Source: Leidyana gryllorum EB-2025a (lineage: Eukaryota > Protista > Apicomplexa). From it: DNA of 64,000 nucleotides. A program made the position numbers and the translations under genes. The stretch lies in contig JBLWGC010000082.1 of the NCBI GenBank assembly GCA_048772705.1, positions 124,001 to 188,000 on the forward strand, given 5' to 3'. Shown one piece after another: positions 34,903-47,140 of the stretch (positions are counted from its first letter, which is position 1; each line of letters opens with the position of its first letter). The notes under the pieces were generated by a model. It was not told the origin of the DNA and did no database searches. It worked only from the letters and a program-made list of their open reading frames with translations.

Positions 34903-37900
34903 ATGGAGGTGACTGACAAGAAGGTCTCCAGGCACTTTCGCAGTGGGACGGCACCCTCACCAACTTCCAGACCCTTTAGTTTGTCTCCGTCTCGCCATAC
35001 TCTGCCGGAGCGGCGTATTGAAGTGTTCACCTTACCCCTAACTGATCGACCAATGTCTCCCGTCCTTTTAGACCCCACGTCTCCGTCGGTAGCACTCAGA
35101 ACAGATGAGAGTGAAGCACCCCGTTTGCGCTCAGCTGACCGAGTATTGGTCCAAGTGGACGTCCATGGCCACCGAGTCATCAAACAGTTACCGCCTCGCA
35201 GACGCCATCTGGTTGGGGTCGGCGAGGAGGAGCCTACGCCGCGTCCGGGCAGCAGCTTCACTAACGGGCCGGGCGACCTGACTAATCGACTGGTGGGGTC
35301 TATTTCGCGCGGAGCTTTGACTGAGAAGGCGGCAATGCCTTCGACGAAGGTGAAGCGGTCGAAGAAAAGTAAGCGGAAGAAGCAAAAGTCGGGCGGCAGT
35401 ACGGCCCCGAGCCGCACGCCCACGCCGCTTATGGGGCCCGCCGGGGGGGCTATGTCCACGCCGCCGTTGACTCCACCGATTGACCACTCCTCCTCTCACC
35501 AGGGGTCGTCGTCGGTCCTCCTGGAGCGGGCACAGCTCCCAATGCACCAACAACAGGCGGCTTCGCCCATCACCTTCCGGCGTCCTGACATTCGTACTAC
35601 GGAGTCTACGGTGTCTCACAGACTGTACTCGTCCTCTTACGAAGTGGCGAGGCAACGGTCGACCACTCCGCACACACTGACGAGTGCCAACATTAACGAC
35701 CTGTTGTCAGCGACCACCACGACGACGACGACGACTGCGCCGCCTCTTTCGTCTTCGCCCCCGCAGTGGTCATCAGGCGGAGGATACTTTTCTTCCTCTT
35801 CAGTACCGTCGGCCACGACGACTTTTCACACTCGTCAACCGCGGCCCCCCCCACCGCCTCCGGAGACTGCTGCGATGCGGCCCCCACAGCAGCCGACCCA
35901 TTTGGTGCCTCCGAGCACGACCACTTATACGACGACCTTCCAGCCGGCCTCTCATCCTCCTCGCCCTCTCTACGCTTCCACTACCACACTGCTTTCATCA
36001 GCCGGCGGCCCTCCGGCTGCTTCCGCTACGATTCAAGAGACCACTTTGCGACCGCCGCTTCAACAGCAAATGATCTCAGGGCCAATCAGAGTGTCCAACA
36101 ACAACAACAATGTATCTCAACTTCCCACCGGGGTGCCGCCGTTGCTCACCGGCCCCACTCACTTACAATCGCCTTCGGCGGCGCCCGCCCAGCCACCACC
36201 CATGGGCTCAATGTCAACACTCCCACAACAACGGCCACAACCAATACAAATACAACAACGCGCCGTCACCCTCCCGGCGCAGGTCAGTCTGTTGTCTCAT
36301 AACAGTATGGCTCCACCAACATCGCCGCAACACTCTCAAACTCAATCTCAATCCCAATTAAATGGAAACACCGGTGGTGTGGTCCGTCCGGCCTCCACAA
36401 CGTTGAACGGGAAATTACAGGAATATGATCTCATCTCACAGACCACCACCACTACAACCACTGCCCCGCCGCCCACTCCACAACAGATCGATAACGCCTC
36501 TGTTCGATTGGATGTTAGGCCAAGACAAATTATCACTCAGGTCGAACAACCTTCGCCGCCACCGCAACAAAGTCTCATGCATCAATCACCCTCTTCTACA
36601 ACTACTGCTACGCTTATCGCAAACCAGCAGCAAATGCTGCAACAACAAAGCCCCAATGCTCCGTCTCATCTTCAGTCAACCATACTGCAGCAGCCACAAA
36701 CCCATTCGGCCACAATGCCGCCCCCAGCGGCCGTCAACTCCTTTGTTACCACCTCTTCACCACCAAATCTGACTCCAATCTCAACTTCACCACCCCCAGC
36801 ACGAACAGGTGCTTCGCCGCCTACAATGTCAGTGACGCCGCAATCAGAACAACTCCCTCCCCCCGAAACCCCTCGGCTCACGCCAATGGTTGTCCTACTA
36901 TCCTTGGAGGGCTTCAAGGCTCCCGTCAACGGAGTCATCAAGAAGCATACCAACCAAGATCGGGGCTTCATTCATGAAATATCCAGGGATTTCACTGTCT
37001 TCGCGGTATTCGATGGCCATGGAGAATACGGCCATGACGTCGCTCAATTCGTCTCTTCCTCATTCCGTAATCTACTAGCCCAAGACTTCCCTCGCCCCAA
37101 CACCATCGAAGCTGAGAAAATCACCAGTACGTCTGCCAATTCGCGCAACCCGCCGCAACAACCCCTCAGAATCTCTCAATTCATCAACAGTGCTGGGCTG
37201 GCTGCGATCAAGTTTCACCCGAGTGGATGTAAGTACCACTTCACGCTCCTGTCTGACTACTGCCCACCAATGCACAGAGAATGTTGACGGAGGAGTCACG
37301 TATTGACTGCACATACAGCGGCTGCACCGCCAGTGTTGCCGTTCGGCATGGATCAACCATCTACGTTGCTTATGTTGGAGATTCCAAAGTGGCAGGATTC
37401 CAATTCCATGGCAAAAAGCCTTGTGAGTGCTACCCTTCTACCCAATTAACATACAGCACACGTGTGTGCCCTTGCAGTTTGCTTGGTAGAGACACCGGAA
37501 CACAGTCCCGCAGCGCGCAATGAGATGGCTCGCATTCGTAGCATGGGTGCTTCTGTCTCAGAACAGAGATACCAATACTTTAGCAAAAGTATTTCACGTA
37601 TTGTCGAGGCCGGTAAGCATCCAAAGTGCAGGCACTTCAAACCACGCTCTCTCCTCGTAGGACTGAGTGTTAGTCGAGCATTCGGCGACCTGGCGGCAAG
37701 GCCATATGGGTTGATAAGCGAACCAGATTTCGTGCAGATCGAAATCCCGGAGATCAGAGCAACGAACCGTTCGATGAAGAAGTCGCAGCCGCACTTCCCC
37801 TTGATGTTGATTGTGGCTTCCGACGGGCTGTGGGACACGATTTCACCCTATGAAATCCTCGACTTCGTGTCGAATGCACAACAGCCTCAGGACAAATTAT

Positions 37901-38001
37901 TCGAATCATTAAGGCAGATAGCAGAGGTAGCTTGGCGCCGTCGCTTAGCAGCAGAGGGCCGCTCAGATGACACTACAGCAATTCTCGCTTTACTACAATG
38001 A
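34903..38001 (+). CDS. PP2C/PPM-family protein phosphatase with long P/Q/T/S-rich N-terminal extension
   Basis: NQDR, FAVFDGHG, SGCTA, VGDS, LSVSRAFGD, ASDGLWD and SDDTTA; about 4 introns in the catalytic region. Confidence 0.9.
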
Positions 38002-38079
38002 GTTCCTCTTGTGCTTTTTTCTCTAATTGGGCCTGTAGCCTGTCACCTCATTCTCAACCGCCATCGATTTTTTTATGAG

Positions 38080-39518
38080 ATGGGTCGGATCGACGGGGCA
38101 ACTCTGACATGGCTCTCCGATTCGGAGAAGGAACGGCTGAGAAATGTGGTTCAGAGGACGCTACCTGTCACCTACGAATTCGAGATTGAGAAGTCCTTAA
38201 GAAGGTTGCGAGAATGCCACGCCAAGTGAGTTTTGACCACCCGCCGAGCTTTGCAGACTCTCCCCTTTGTTTATTCAGACGGGTATGCTTGCAGTTCCCA
38301 GAAGGATTGTTAGTTTGGGCTGAGAATGTCGCTCTAATTCTAGAAGAGTTCGGAGAAGGTATTGAGGACGTATTCGTTCTGGGAGATGTCACTTATGGGG
38401 CTTGTTGCGTGGATGACATCAAAGCGCGGTCACTGCGGTGCGATTTTCTGATTCACTATGCTCACAGCTGTCTCGTCTCGATCGACTCAGTGGAAATCAA
38501 TTGTCTCTATGTCTTCGTCGAGATATACTTGAATCCCGAGAACCTGACCAATCATTTGGTGGCCGCTTTGCCGGCGGCCATTCAGGACAACAAAGGGTCA
38601 TCTGCAGCTGCAGAGGGTGGCACCGGTGACCAGAGCGCGAGTAACACGAGAGAATCGAAGCGTCGGCGTGTGGCATTGCTGAGTTCCGTACAGTTTGTTG
38701 GGGTGGTATACGAAGTACGGGCGTTGCTCCAGGAGCTGTGGCCGGACAATGATGTCTTCATTCCCCATGCTGCCCCGTTGACTCCTGGAGAAACTCTCGG
38801 TTGCACTTCTCCAACTTTGGACGATGACGTAGACTTGGCAATCTTTGTGGCTGACGGACGATTCCATCTTGAGTCGGCCATGATCCATAATCCCCATGTC
38901 AAATTCTATCGGTTCGACCCCTTTTTGAAGGTGAGTCAAGCCGAGTGAAAGAACGAATGGTTATATATTCCTCTGCAGCTTCTGTTCTCCGAGACCTATG
39001 ACATTGAAAAGATGAGAAAGAACCGAGAGAAAGCAATTGCCGATGCTCGCCGAGCCCGAACAGTCTGTGTGATCACGAGCACTTTAGGACGGCAAGGATC
39101 TATTGGAATTATGGAGTATTTGTTAGCACAAATTAGAAGTCGCGGAATCTCAGCCTACGTTGTCCTGGTAGGCGAGATGAGTCCGTCGTTCTTGAATGAG
39201 TTAGCTGGCGACTCAAAGCCTGAGGACATTGGGTTTGTGCAAGTTGGGTGTCCCAGGCTGTCAATTGATTGGGGTCACGAGTTCGGTTTCGCTTTGTTGT
39301 CTCCATATGAAGCTCACTTGGCTTTCGCTTCCAATGGAACGCTGCATCAGCGGTACCCAATGGACTATTTTGCAAGCGCTGGGGGCGTTTGGAGCAACTA
39401 CGGCCGAGGAACTCATAGGGATGGGTCCTTAGCCCCAAGTGGTAGCCAATTTGGTTCTAAAGAGCGTCTTCGCAAGTTGTGGGAGAAGCGGCGAAAAGAA
39501 CTCCAGGCTGCCACTTAG
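38080..39518 (+). CDS. DPH1: Diphthamide biosynthesis protein 1
   Basis: YEFEIEKS, LQFPEGLL, GDVTYGACCVDD, HYAHSCL, PGETLGCTSP, ADGRFHLES, STLGRQG, CPRLSIDWG and YPMDYF. Confidence 0.95.
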
Positions 39519-39554
39519 ATATTGATATTGTGCATTATACATATATACACCTAG

Positions 39555-42500
39555 ATGACTCAACCACAATGTAGCAACCGAGTCAAGACATTGACGGACA
39601 GATTCACGGCGCTGGAGCAACAGGCAGCCTCAGAGTTGACGCACGAACGGAATGCCTCAAACCACCATCGAAACTTGGTACAGCCTCGTGGGCCTCAATA
39701 TGTCGTGAAGGTTAGAACCGTGCGTATCGGTGATGTAGAGAACCTGATGACTGGCGCTATAACGTTCCTGATGAAGCAGGCAAGTTTGGTGGTCAGACTC
39801 TTGGATGGGATTAATTCTTCTTGACCACAGGGAGAATTAGGCTTCTATGAGAAGGATGACCTATTCCGCTATCCCAAACACGGAGAGGGGCCTCGTCGGA
39901 AGTGTTTCTTTACCAAACTATTCGCCATGGAAGTAACGCTGAACGACTGGAACCCCACTGAATTAGTGTCCGCACTGTCTGACCTCAAGTCTTTGAACTT
40001 CAGTCAAGTAAGCCATTATCGTCGTCAAGTCGCGCGTGTGTGCACACACTCCCATTTCAGCTGCTCTTCTTATGGAAGGTAGCAGCATTATCAGGACGAA
40101 CTGCTAAGGGGGTTCAATGGGAGAGTTGTAATCGAGAGCACGTATCTTTCAAAGATGCAGTACAGTCGTTGGTCTTTGACAGGATTCTGCTAGAGTTAAT
40201 CAGTCCGAAGCGTCGATGTCGGGAGAAAGTCAGTCTGAACGACGAGTCAAGACGGCCGGACGGCAGTTGCTCAGCTCGACTGCGACAGAACTCCTCGTTG
40301 GTTGCTGCGCCGTCGGATACTCCAGCGAGCACTGGGCTCATTGAGAAAAGGCACCACATGATGCGGCCGTGCGACGATATCAGTTGGCCGCTTGCTAATG
40401 CTAGTGCTGGAGAACGTCGAGCTGTGGGTCGCGAGATTTTGATAGTCTTGGGGTTGATCTGTCGAATTGTGAGCGAGAAGGACGGTCACCCGGGCACGCA
40501 GCCTCATCGCAAGCTGAGCCGTTCCCACACAACTGAAGCGACGATATGTCGGCCAGCATCTGTTCCAGAAGACAACCCCGAGAGTACTGGTGTTTGGTGG
40601 CGTGTATTTGTTCCGCGTCCGAATGTTAGCGGGCTGATGGGGCCCAGAGAGGTGACGGCTCCGCCGGCGCGGGTATGGCGAGCGAATAGGTGGGTGTGTG
40701 GAGTGATGCGTTACGGAGTGATGGTGATGGTTGCAGTTTCTCGAAGCCGAAATCGCCCCCGAGAATGTCTAATGGCGGGACCATCTCGCCTCCTACCAAA
40801 GTAAAGGCTCCTAAAACAATGAAGCCAAAGGCAAATCACCGTCGGCAAAATAGTACCCGATCAGAACCGCCAAAGCAGGATAAGATCCGGAACGGTTCGC
40901 CAGAGAACTACCTGGTTCGAGCGCGGTGAGTGAGTCGTCCCTATTTTGATGGTGACGGCTTGTGGTTGGAGCAGATGCGCTTTGCGGCCTGTGAATAGAT
41001 CAGTAGTTCTGCCGCCCAAGGCAGTGCCCCCTCCACGTTTCACGATTCCTATACCAGGTGATCCATGTCGAAAGCGGCCGAGTGTCGGGGTGTTTGAGCA
41101 GTTGAATGCAACGAAGCCCGTTGCTCCACCCATAAAGGCGCAGACGACCCCAGCGTTACCGGCCCGTTCGGGGAGTTGGCGACGGGGTGTTTCTTTATTC
41201 CAGACATCGACAACAGCTCCGACTCCTGGGATAGAGTTGTTTCTGCACTTTCCGAGCCTTCGCGTATCGACTCATCGGCCTCCGGGTATCCCGATATTCA
41301 GTTACATCCAACAAGCCGGGATGACGAGTCTGCTGACTGCGGCCACGGGGGGCAGCCTGACGACGGCGGCCACGTGGGACGTTATTCGGTTCTCAGCCGA
41401 CGCCCCGAATCTGAATCACGTGTCTATGGCTGAATCGTTGTCAGCGTGTATGTCGGAGTTGAAGAGTGTGTTGAACGCTCGTGCTATGGGGAGCACAGAA
41501 GACATGACGAGCGGGCGTCGTGTATCATTCAGTCTGGACAGCGACGGCGGGAGTGAAAATAGGCAACGCGGAGGGACCTTTGGAGGGTTTCGGAGGAGCA
41601 CCGAAGCCGACGCTTCACACAGCGGTATACTCAGAAGGCTTACCCCGACTGAGGAGAGTAACAGCTCCACGACGTCAACGGAACCGCGTCCTTCGCCACA
41701 GCCTTCACCTTCTGCTCGGCCTTCGCCGTCGCAGTTTTCGTTCGATTTGGACTCTGTCGCTGTAGCAGCCGGCGCAGCAGCGATTCCAGTTCGTTCGCCT
41801 TCCCCGCCACGTCCTGATCCCGCTCAGCTTCTCAGCACCGACACACCCGTTCACCACACTCGAGCCGAAACAGAAAGGCCGCCGCCGCTCAACCACAACA
41901 ATAATATAAGCACCCCGATGCCGACAATGTCACTACCGCGACACTCTCTGTCTCCTGCGAACATTAGTGCAGTGCTGCACGACCAGTCAGTGCCGCGGCC
42001 GGGTGTGTGTGAGGATGACATGGAGGAGACATATACGCCTGAAGTGATTGATTTGGACACTCCGCGAGTGGTTCCGGTGGACAATAATCGTCCTCAATTG
42101 ACGGAGCCTCAGCTGCCGGAATCACGTAGAGCTGGAAGCTGGGCAGCGATGCCTGCAGTGGCAGGCGAGCAACTGGTACAGCGACACACACGATCTGGTC
42201 GAACCTTTGACGCATCTGTTCCTGTGTTCAATGGCCGACGTTTGGGACCCCGAGCCAGCAGTCCTCCCAAAACTATCCCATCTTCTGTTTCAGGCGGCGC
42301 ACCACTGTCAGTCGCATCGATCACTACCACACCACGGCGAGAGAAGACCTCTCCTCTGGTCACGAGTGCCAGCATAGAGAATGACGTGACGGCCGGCATC
42401 GTGGATCGGAAGTGGTCTGGCGGCCGGCCTCGTTCGGGAGCGTTTGCGGCTCCGCCTTTGCCGGAGGGGCCGAGCACTCCGGCTCACGACTTTGTGCGGA

Positions 42501-43330
42501 GGATGGAACGTTTGTCTGAAGTCGCGCGTTCTACGGCTCCGGTCAGTCCGCCGCGGCCGACTGCGGCGTCTTGGGGCGTTGTGCCGACGGACGAGCGCGA
42601 GTTGATGTCGGTGGTGTCAATGCCGTTGACCAGTGAGATCAGCACCATCAATGATATCCCTCTGTTGGAGAATTTGATACGTAAGAAGAAAAGAAAGGCG
42701 AGTTCCCGGAGAGTCTCGGTGGTCGCTGCGATTGAACTCCAACAACCTCCGCCGCCGCCACCCGTCGAACCCATTCGGATTCCTTATGCTAAGGTTACCT
42801 CCGTGGAGGGGGTTATCAACAACAACAGCAGCAGCAACAACAGCACCAAGGAATCGACCTCCCACCACCATATTATCCCCCGACCTCCTTCCATTAACCT
42901 AAGCCACTTCAAGCATCTCGACCCTCTGCGCCTCTCGGAACGCTGCGCCGGATGGCCGTGTATTGGGGGCGATTCCACCCCTCGGCCGCCAAGCACCGAT
43001 ACTCAGTCGGAACGACCTGTCGCCAGGAGACGATCAGACGCTCCTCCAGCCGCAGCGCGAGGCGAACTGCCCACTATGCTCCTGTTGCCCAAGTATCCTA
43101 TAGTTAGATTGCCACACATCGACCGCACCCGATCCCTACACGAGTTCCCCCGACCTCCAACCCCGCGGAGTCGGAACGTACCCACTCCTGCCGAGTTGGT
43201 GCGGATGCGCCGGCCACCCTCAGTGGCCCCTCCGCCTACAGCAGTTCCCGAGCCTCTACCTCCGGCTCGCAAACCATCTCGTCCCCTAGTTCCTCCTCTT
43301 AGTGGTCATCACAACCCACCCCAGAATTGA
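39555..43330 (+). CDS. Hypothetical protein: possible degenerate RhoGAP-like N-terminal domain and long Pro/Ser/Arg-rich tail
   Basis: Introns 39780-39830 (GC-AG), ~40008-40060, ~40690-40736 and ~40926-40974 give one frame. AITFLMKQG..DDLFRYP resembles the RhoGAP arginine-finger region only weakly. Confidence 0.55.
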
Positions 43331-43350
43331 CATTGACATCACTATCAGAG

Positions 43351-45402
43351 CTAACTGCTCGCGCAATCCCTATGTAATGCAAAGCAAATGCCAAACGAAC
43401 AAAAAGGAAGGAACCCCACCATTGTTAATAGCACCTGATTCGTAGTGAATAACACTTGCATTATCACATAATATATCACCTCCACCTTCCAGTAAGCGGG
43501 AGCCACTTGTGGAAGCCTGTTACAAACACAAACGTTCCCACCCAATATGTGTGTGCAAATGTGTGTGTCCTTACATTCCGAGCCAAGTCAGCGCGTCCCT
43601 CAGGTTCTGCTCAGTCGCATAGCCCACGAAAGACATCAACGACAGATGCGTCACTGCTTCAGCCGTCACTATCGCCACCTCCGATCCCTCCTCATCAAAA
43701 GTCAGCCACCGCTGTCTCTGACTCACGAGCAGTAACGCGTTCTCTGTTGGGTAAGAAGAAGAAGAAGATTTGAGCATTCACGGCTCCCATACCTCGGGCG
43801 ATCTGTTCTCTGGAGATCGAAGCGAAGGGTCGTTGAGCATCCGTTGTCCCGATACCCCATGCGTCCAGAACTTCGTCCAGAGGCTCGCGGTCCTCTTCAC
43901 TTGGACTCGTCAGAGTCGACGGGAGTTGCTTCCCAGCCGGTAACCGGCGTGTGGATAATCCATAACCCTCTTTGACCATTTGAAGCTGAGCGGAGGCTCG
44001 TCCTCGGTGAGCCGAGTATCCCAGATACCGCCATTTCATTTCCTGTGTGGTCGGGGTGAATAGTGATTCGCGCAGTGCCAACGCCCACTCGGCGGGTTCC
44101 ACACCCGCGTGAGCCAACGCGACCAAACTCTCATCCGACAAAACTGCCTTCTCGCCAGACCCGAGCTGAGGTGTTGAGAGTGTGGGGCTGAAAGTTTGCA
44201 GTCTATGTACGGCTTACTGATGTGACCACAGCAGAGTACCAGAGATCCCTGCGTACTAATTTGGCCATGAGGGACCAGGCCTGTGGGCAGGTCTTGAATC
44301 CCATAAACTCGTTGGCCGTGAGTTTGGCCACCATATGGGTCGCGACCGGTAGTCCTCGACTCAGCGCGCCAGATAGGGTCATCAACCACTTCATTTTGAT
44401 GGCGTCGCCCATCAACAGGTCCCAGGCCACCAATTCCTGCGAGGCCACCGGGACGCCTCGATCGGAGGCTCTTCCGAGCAGATTCCGGGCCTCCTGGGCC
44501 ACTTTATTCCCAATTACACGCCCGCTGGGGGTACTGCCGAACCCCACGAGCTCCTCGCCCAGGTAGGCCGAGGCGAGTGGGTTCTCCTGCGCGTGTGCTG
44601 CAATGTGCAGAAGCCTTCGTCCGGTTATTTTATCCTCGGGGACCCCCAATCCGTAAACATAGGCGTATCCGAGCATAGAGATTGCTTCGGCGGACCGGGC
44701 GCGGTTGGCCGATACCTCCCATAACTCTACTGCCTTTTGGTACGACTGTGGGAATCTATCGCCGCCTGCCGAGCGTTTTGGCCAAAACAGTGACATTACG
44801 CACCTACGAAGAACCGCTGCGCGGCCGGCAGCGCCAAATGAGCCGATTGCTGAGTTCGCGGAGCTGAAAACTCAGACGCGACATCTGCCAAAGGATTCCG
44901 CTCTATATGTGAGGGGTCAGCCAAATTAGGATTCGTTCCCATCTCCTGCCCCGCTTTCGGGATAACCGGCGGCCGATGCACCAACGATCGCGGCCGTTCT
45001 GCTGCCTCCTGCGCGGCCGCGGCGATGTTTCGGAAGGAGGCGACCTCTTACTTTGGCGGCAAAAGCGGACGCAGGCTCCAGATATCTAATGCCGGTCTGA
45101 CATGCGTCAGCAAACGAACTCAAACGTCGGACCATTGCCAATAAGGCCGCGGGTTTCAGACTTTGACTCGACGCAAACTCCAGAACGTGTTGGATATCCT
45201 CCGTTTGAGCGTCCGTATAAGGCCACGACTCGTGCCCTTTGCAATGCGACATAATCGTCGCAATCTTAAACTGTTCGTCCGCATTATTCAAAACCCCTCC
45301 GTCGTCGCCATCCAATATTCTGATCAATTCTCCACATCTTTCGTCCAGTGCACCCGAGCAGAACGTCGCCAGGAAGCCCAAAAAAGTGAGCCAACCCCTC
45401 AT
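43351..45402 (-). CDS. Sel1-repeat ER protein (SEL1L/Hrd3-like)
   Basis: Signal peptide; Sel1 repeats YQKAVELWEVSA..AISMLGYAYVYGLGVPED; TCPQAWSLMAKLV; hydrophobic C-terminus; multi-exon. Confidence 0.7.
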
Positions 45403-46015
45403 CACTGTTTTGATCTTGGCATCTCGCCATATTTTTCTGCCCCCAAGTGCTAATTCACACTAACACACAGCCACACGAGACACTCCCCCACTGCCATTCC
45501 AAACCGTCGACAAAGTGAAGAGCGGTTGTTTGTGTGAGGGAATGTCTGGATGATAGGTGGAAGGTCGAAGCACTTTGGCTCGACGCTGATGCTTCGCCCT
45601 CAGTACGTTGTCGACACTCAGTCGGGCCGGAGGGGAGGTAAGACGGGGAGGGGAAGGGTAGTCAGAGGTGTTTTTGGAGAACGAAGGAGCACAGAGCATC
45701 TATCACTCTCGCTGAAGAACCATTGCGAATTCAGAGCGGAAACTCCTCGAGAGGAGAGAATTCGACTGAAGAGGACCTCCGCCGGCCCAGCACGCCGAAC
45801 CGGGGCCCTTCCCTTTGTTCTACTGCCACCACAACTCAGAACATGGATTGAGCTACCAACCAGACTAGGAGCTACTGGTATGAGGAGACGGCGTGTCCTC
45901 ACTGTCTCTCCGGTCATTACGGCTATCAGGGGCCAACTTGAGACGAGGGGGAAAGAAACGACCACAAGACGGGGAGACGACATACGAGAGAACAGAGTCT
46001 CGTCCTCACCAACGT

Positions 46016-46115
46016 GACACACGAGAGAGACACACACACGAGAAAGACACACACACACACACACACACGAGAGAGACACACACACACACACACGAGAGAG
46101 ACACACACACACGAG
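46016..46115. repeat. Compound microsatellite (CA)n-CGAGAGAGA, about 5 units
   Basis: Seen directly in the sequence. Confidence 0.9.
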
Positions 46116-46340
46116 CACAACGATGGATTGTAGAGAAGCCGAGGGGGAGTGTCGTCTGAAAGTGATTGTGAATTGTCAGTTTGAATTAGAGATCGCGTCA
46201 ATGATGGTGGTGAAAAGTAGACCATATGAAGGAAATAGGTGAAGATGCGATCGAGTGAAGATGATCTAATTAGTTTGATAGACGACTCATTGCACAGACT
46301 GCTCAATGGCCGATTTAATTAATGATCAGTTTAATTCAAT

Positions 46341-46856
46341 TCAGTTCTTGATACCAGCTCCGACTAATTTCGGGGTAGCGGACTCCTCGGCTTGAGCTTC
46401 AGCGGCCTTCAGCTTCTCGATCTCCTTAAGCTTGGCGGCAACCTCGGGGTTGTTTTCCATGGCCCACGCTCTGCGGTAGGCGTCACCGACCTTGAGGTCG
46501 TTGAAGAAACGGGTGCGGTTCTCATGGTAGCCAGGTCTGTCTTGAGGAGGGATGTAGCCAGGATTGCGAGCCTGATAGCTCTTCGGCATCCAGTCCTCGG
46601 GTTTGCCGATGCGAGTCACGACTGGGTGGTCCTTGGCGTGGTAGCTGTTGGTGATGGGCTGCTTGAGGGTGTTGCGCTCGGGATTGCGGACAAAGGCGGG
46701 GGTGCCATCGTCGTTGATGTGATGGCCAGTAATAGGATCAACTCTAGGGAGCTGATTAATTCCGAAAGGGTAGATGCGTTGAACTTCGGGCTCCTCCGCG
46801 GTGTAGGCGGCAGTAGAGGCAACAAGGCCAGCAAGAGCAACGGAAAGGAACTTCAT
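46341..46856 (-). CDS. Secreted hypothetical protein, 171 aa, probably highly expressed
   Basis: Signal peptide MKFLSVALAGLVASTAA; intronless; strong C/G-ending codon bias like the alveolin gene. Confidence 0.8.
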   Translation of the reverse strand: MKFLSVALAGLVASTAAYTAEEPEVQRIYPFGINQLPRVDPITGHHINDDGTPAFVRNPERNTLKQPITNSYHAKDHPVVTRIGKPEDWMPKSYQARNPGYIPPQDRPGYHENRTRFFNDLKVGDAYRRAWAMENNPEVAAKLKEIEKLKAAEAQAEESATPKLVGAGIKN

Positions 46857-47140
46857 GTTGAACTCGACAGTAGCAGCTGGAAAACTGGTGTGTTAATGAG
46901 TAAGAGGTAAGAAGAGGTGGAAGTGATGATATTTCTTGTTTATTCGCAATGGAATAATGTCGCACACACCAATCTAATTACCCAAATGTGACCCAAAAAC
47001 CAATCTGTGTGTGTGCGCGCGTGTGTGTGGGGGGGGAGACTGTGCGCGCGGTGGGTCACGCGTGACTGTGTGCGGGCGCTCTCACTCTGTGTAACCAAAT
47101 GTGGGATTGCACGTGGTGTCGTGGTTTGGGAAAAAGTATC

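Noticed and set aside
34350-35459. 369-aa minus-strand ORF as a single gene
   Set aside because: Chimera of the PP2C antisense shadow, one real exon of the MGC protein and intron sequence.
45550-46306. ORFs 45550-46017 (+), 45618-46118 (-) and 45926-46306 (-)
   Set aside because: They partly translate microsatellite sequence and show no recognisable motif or coherent exon chain; left as unassigned or non-coding.
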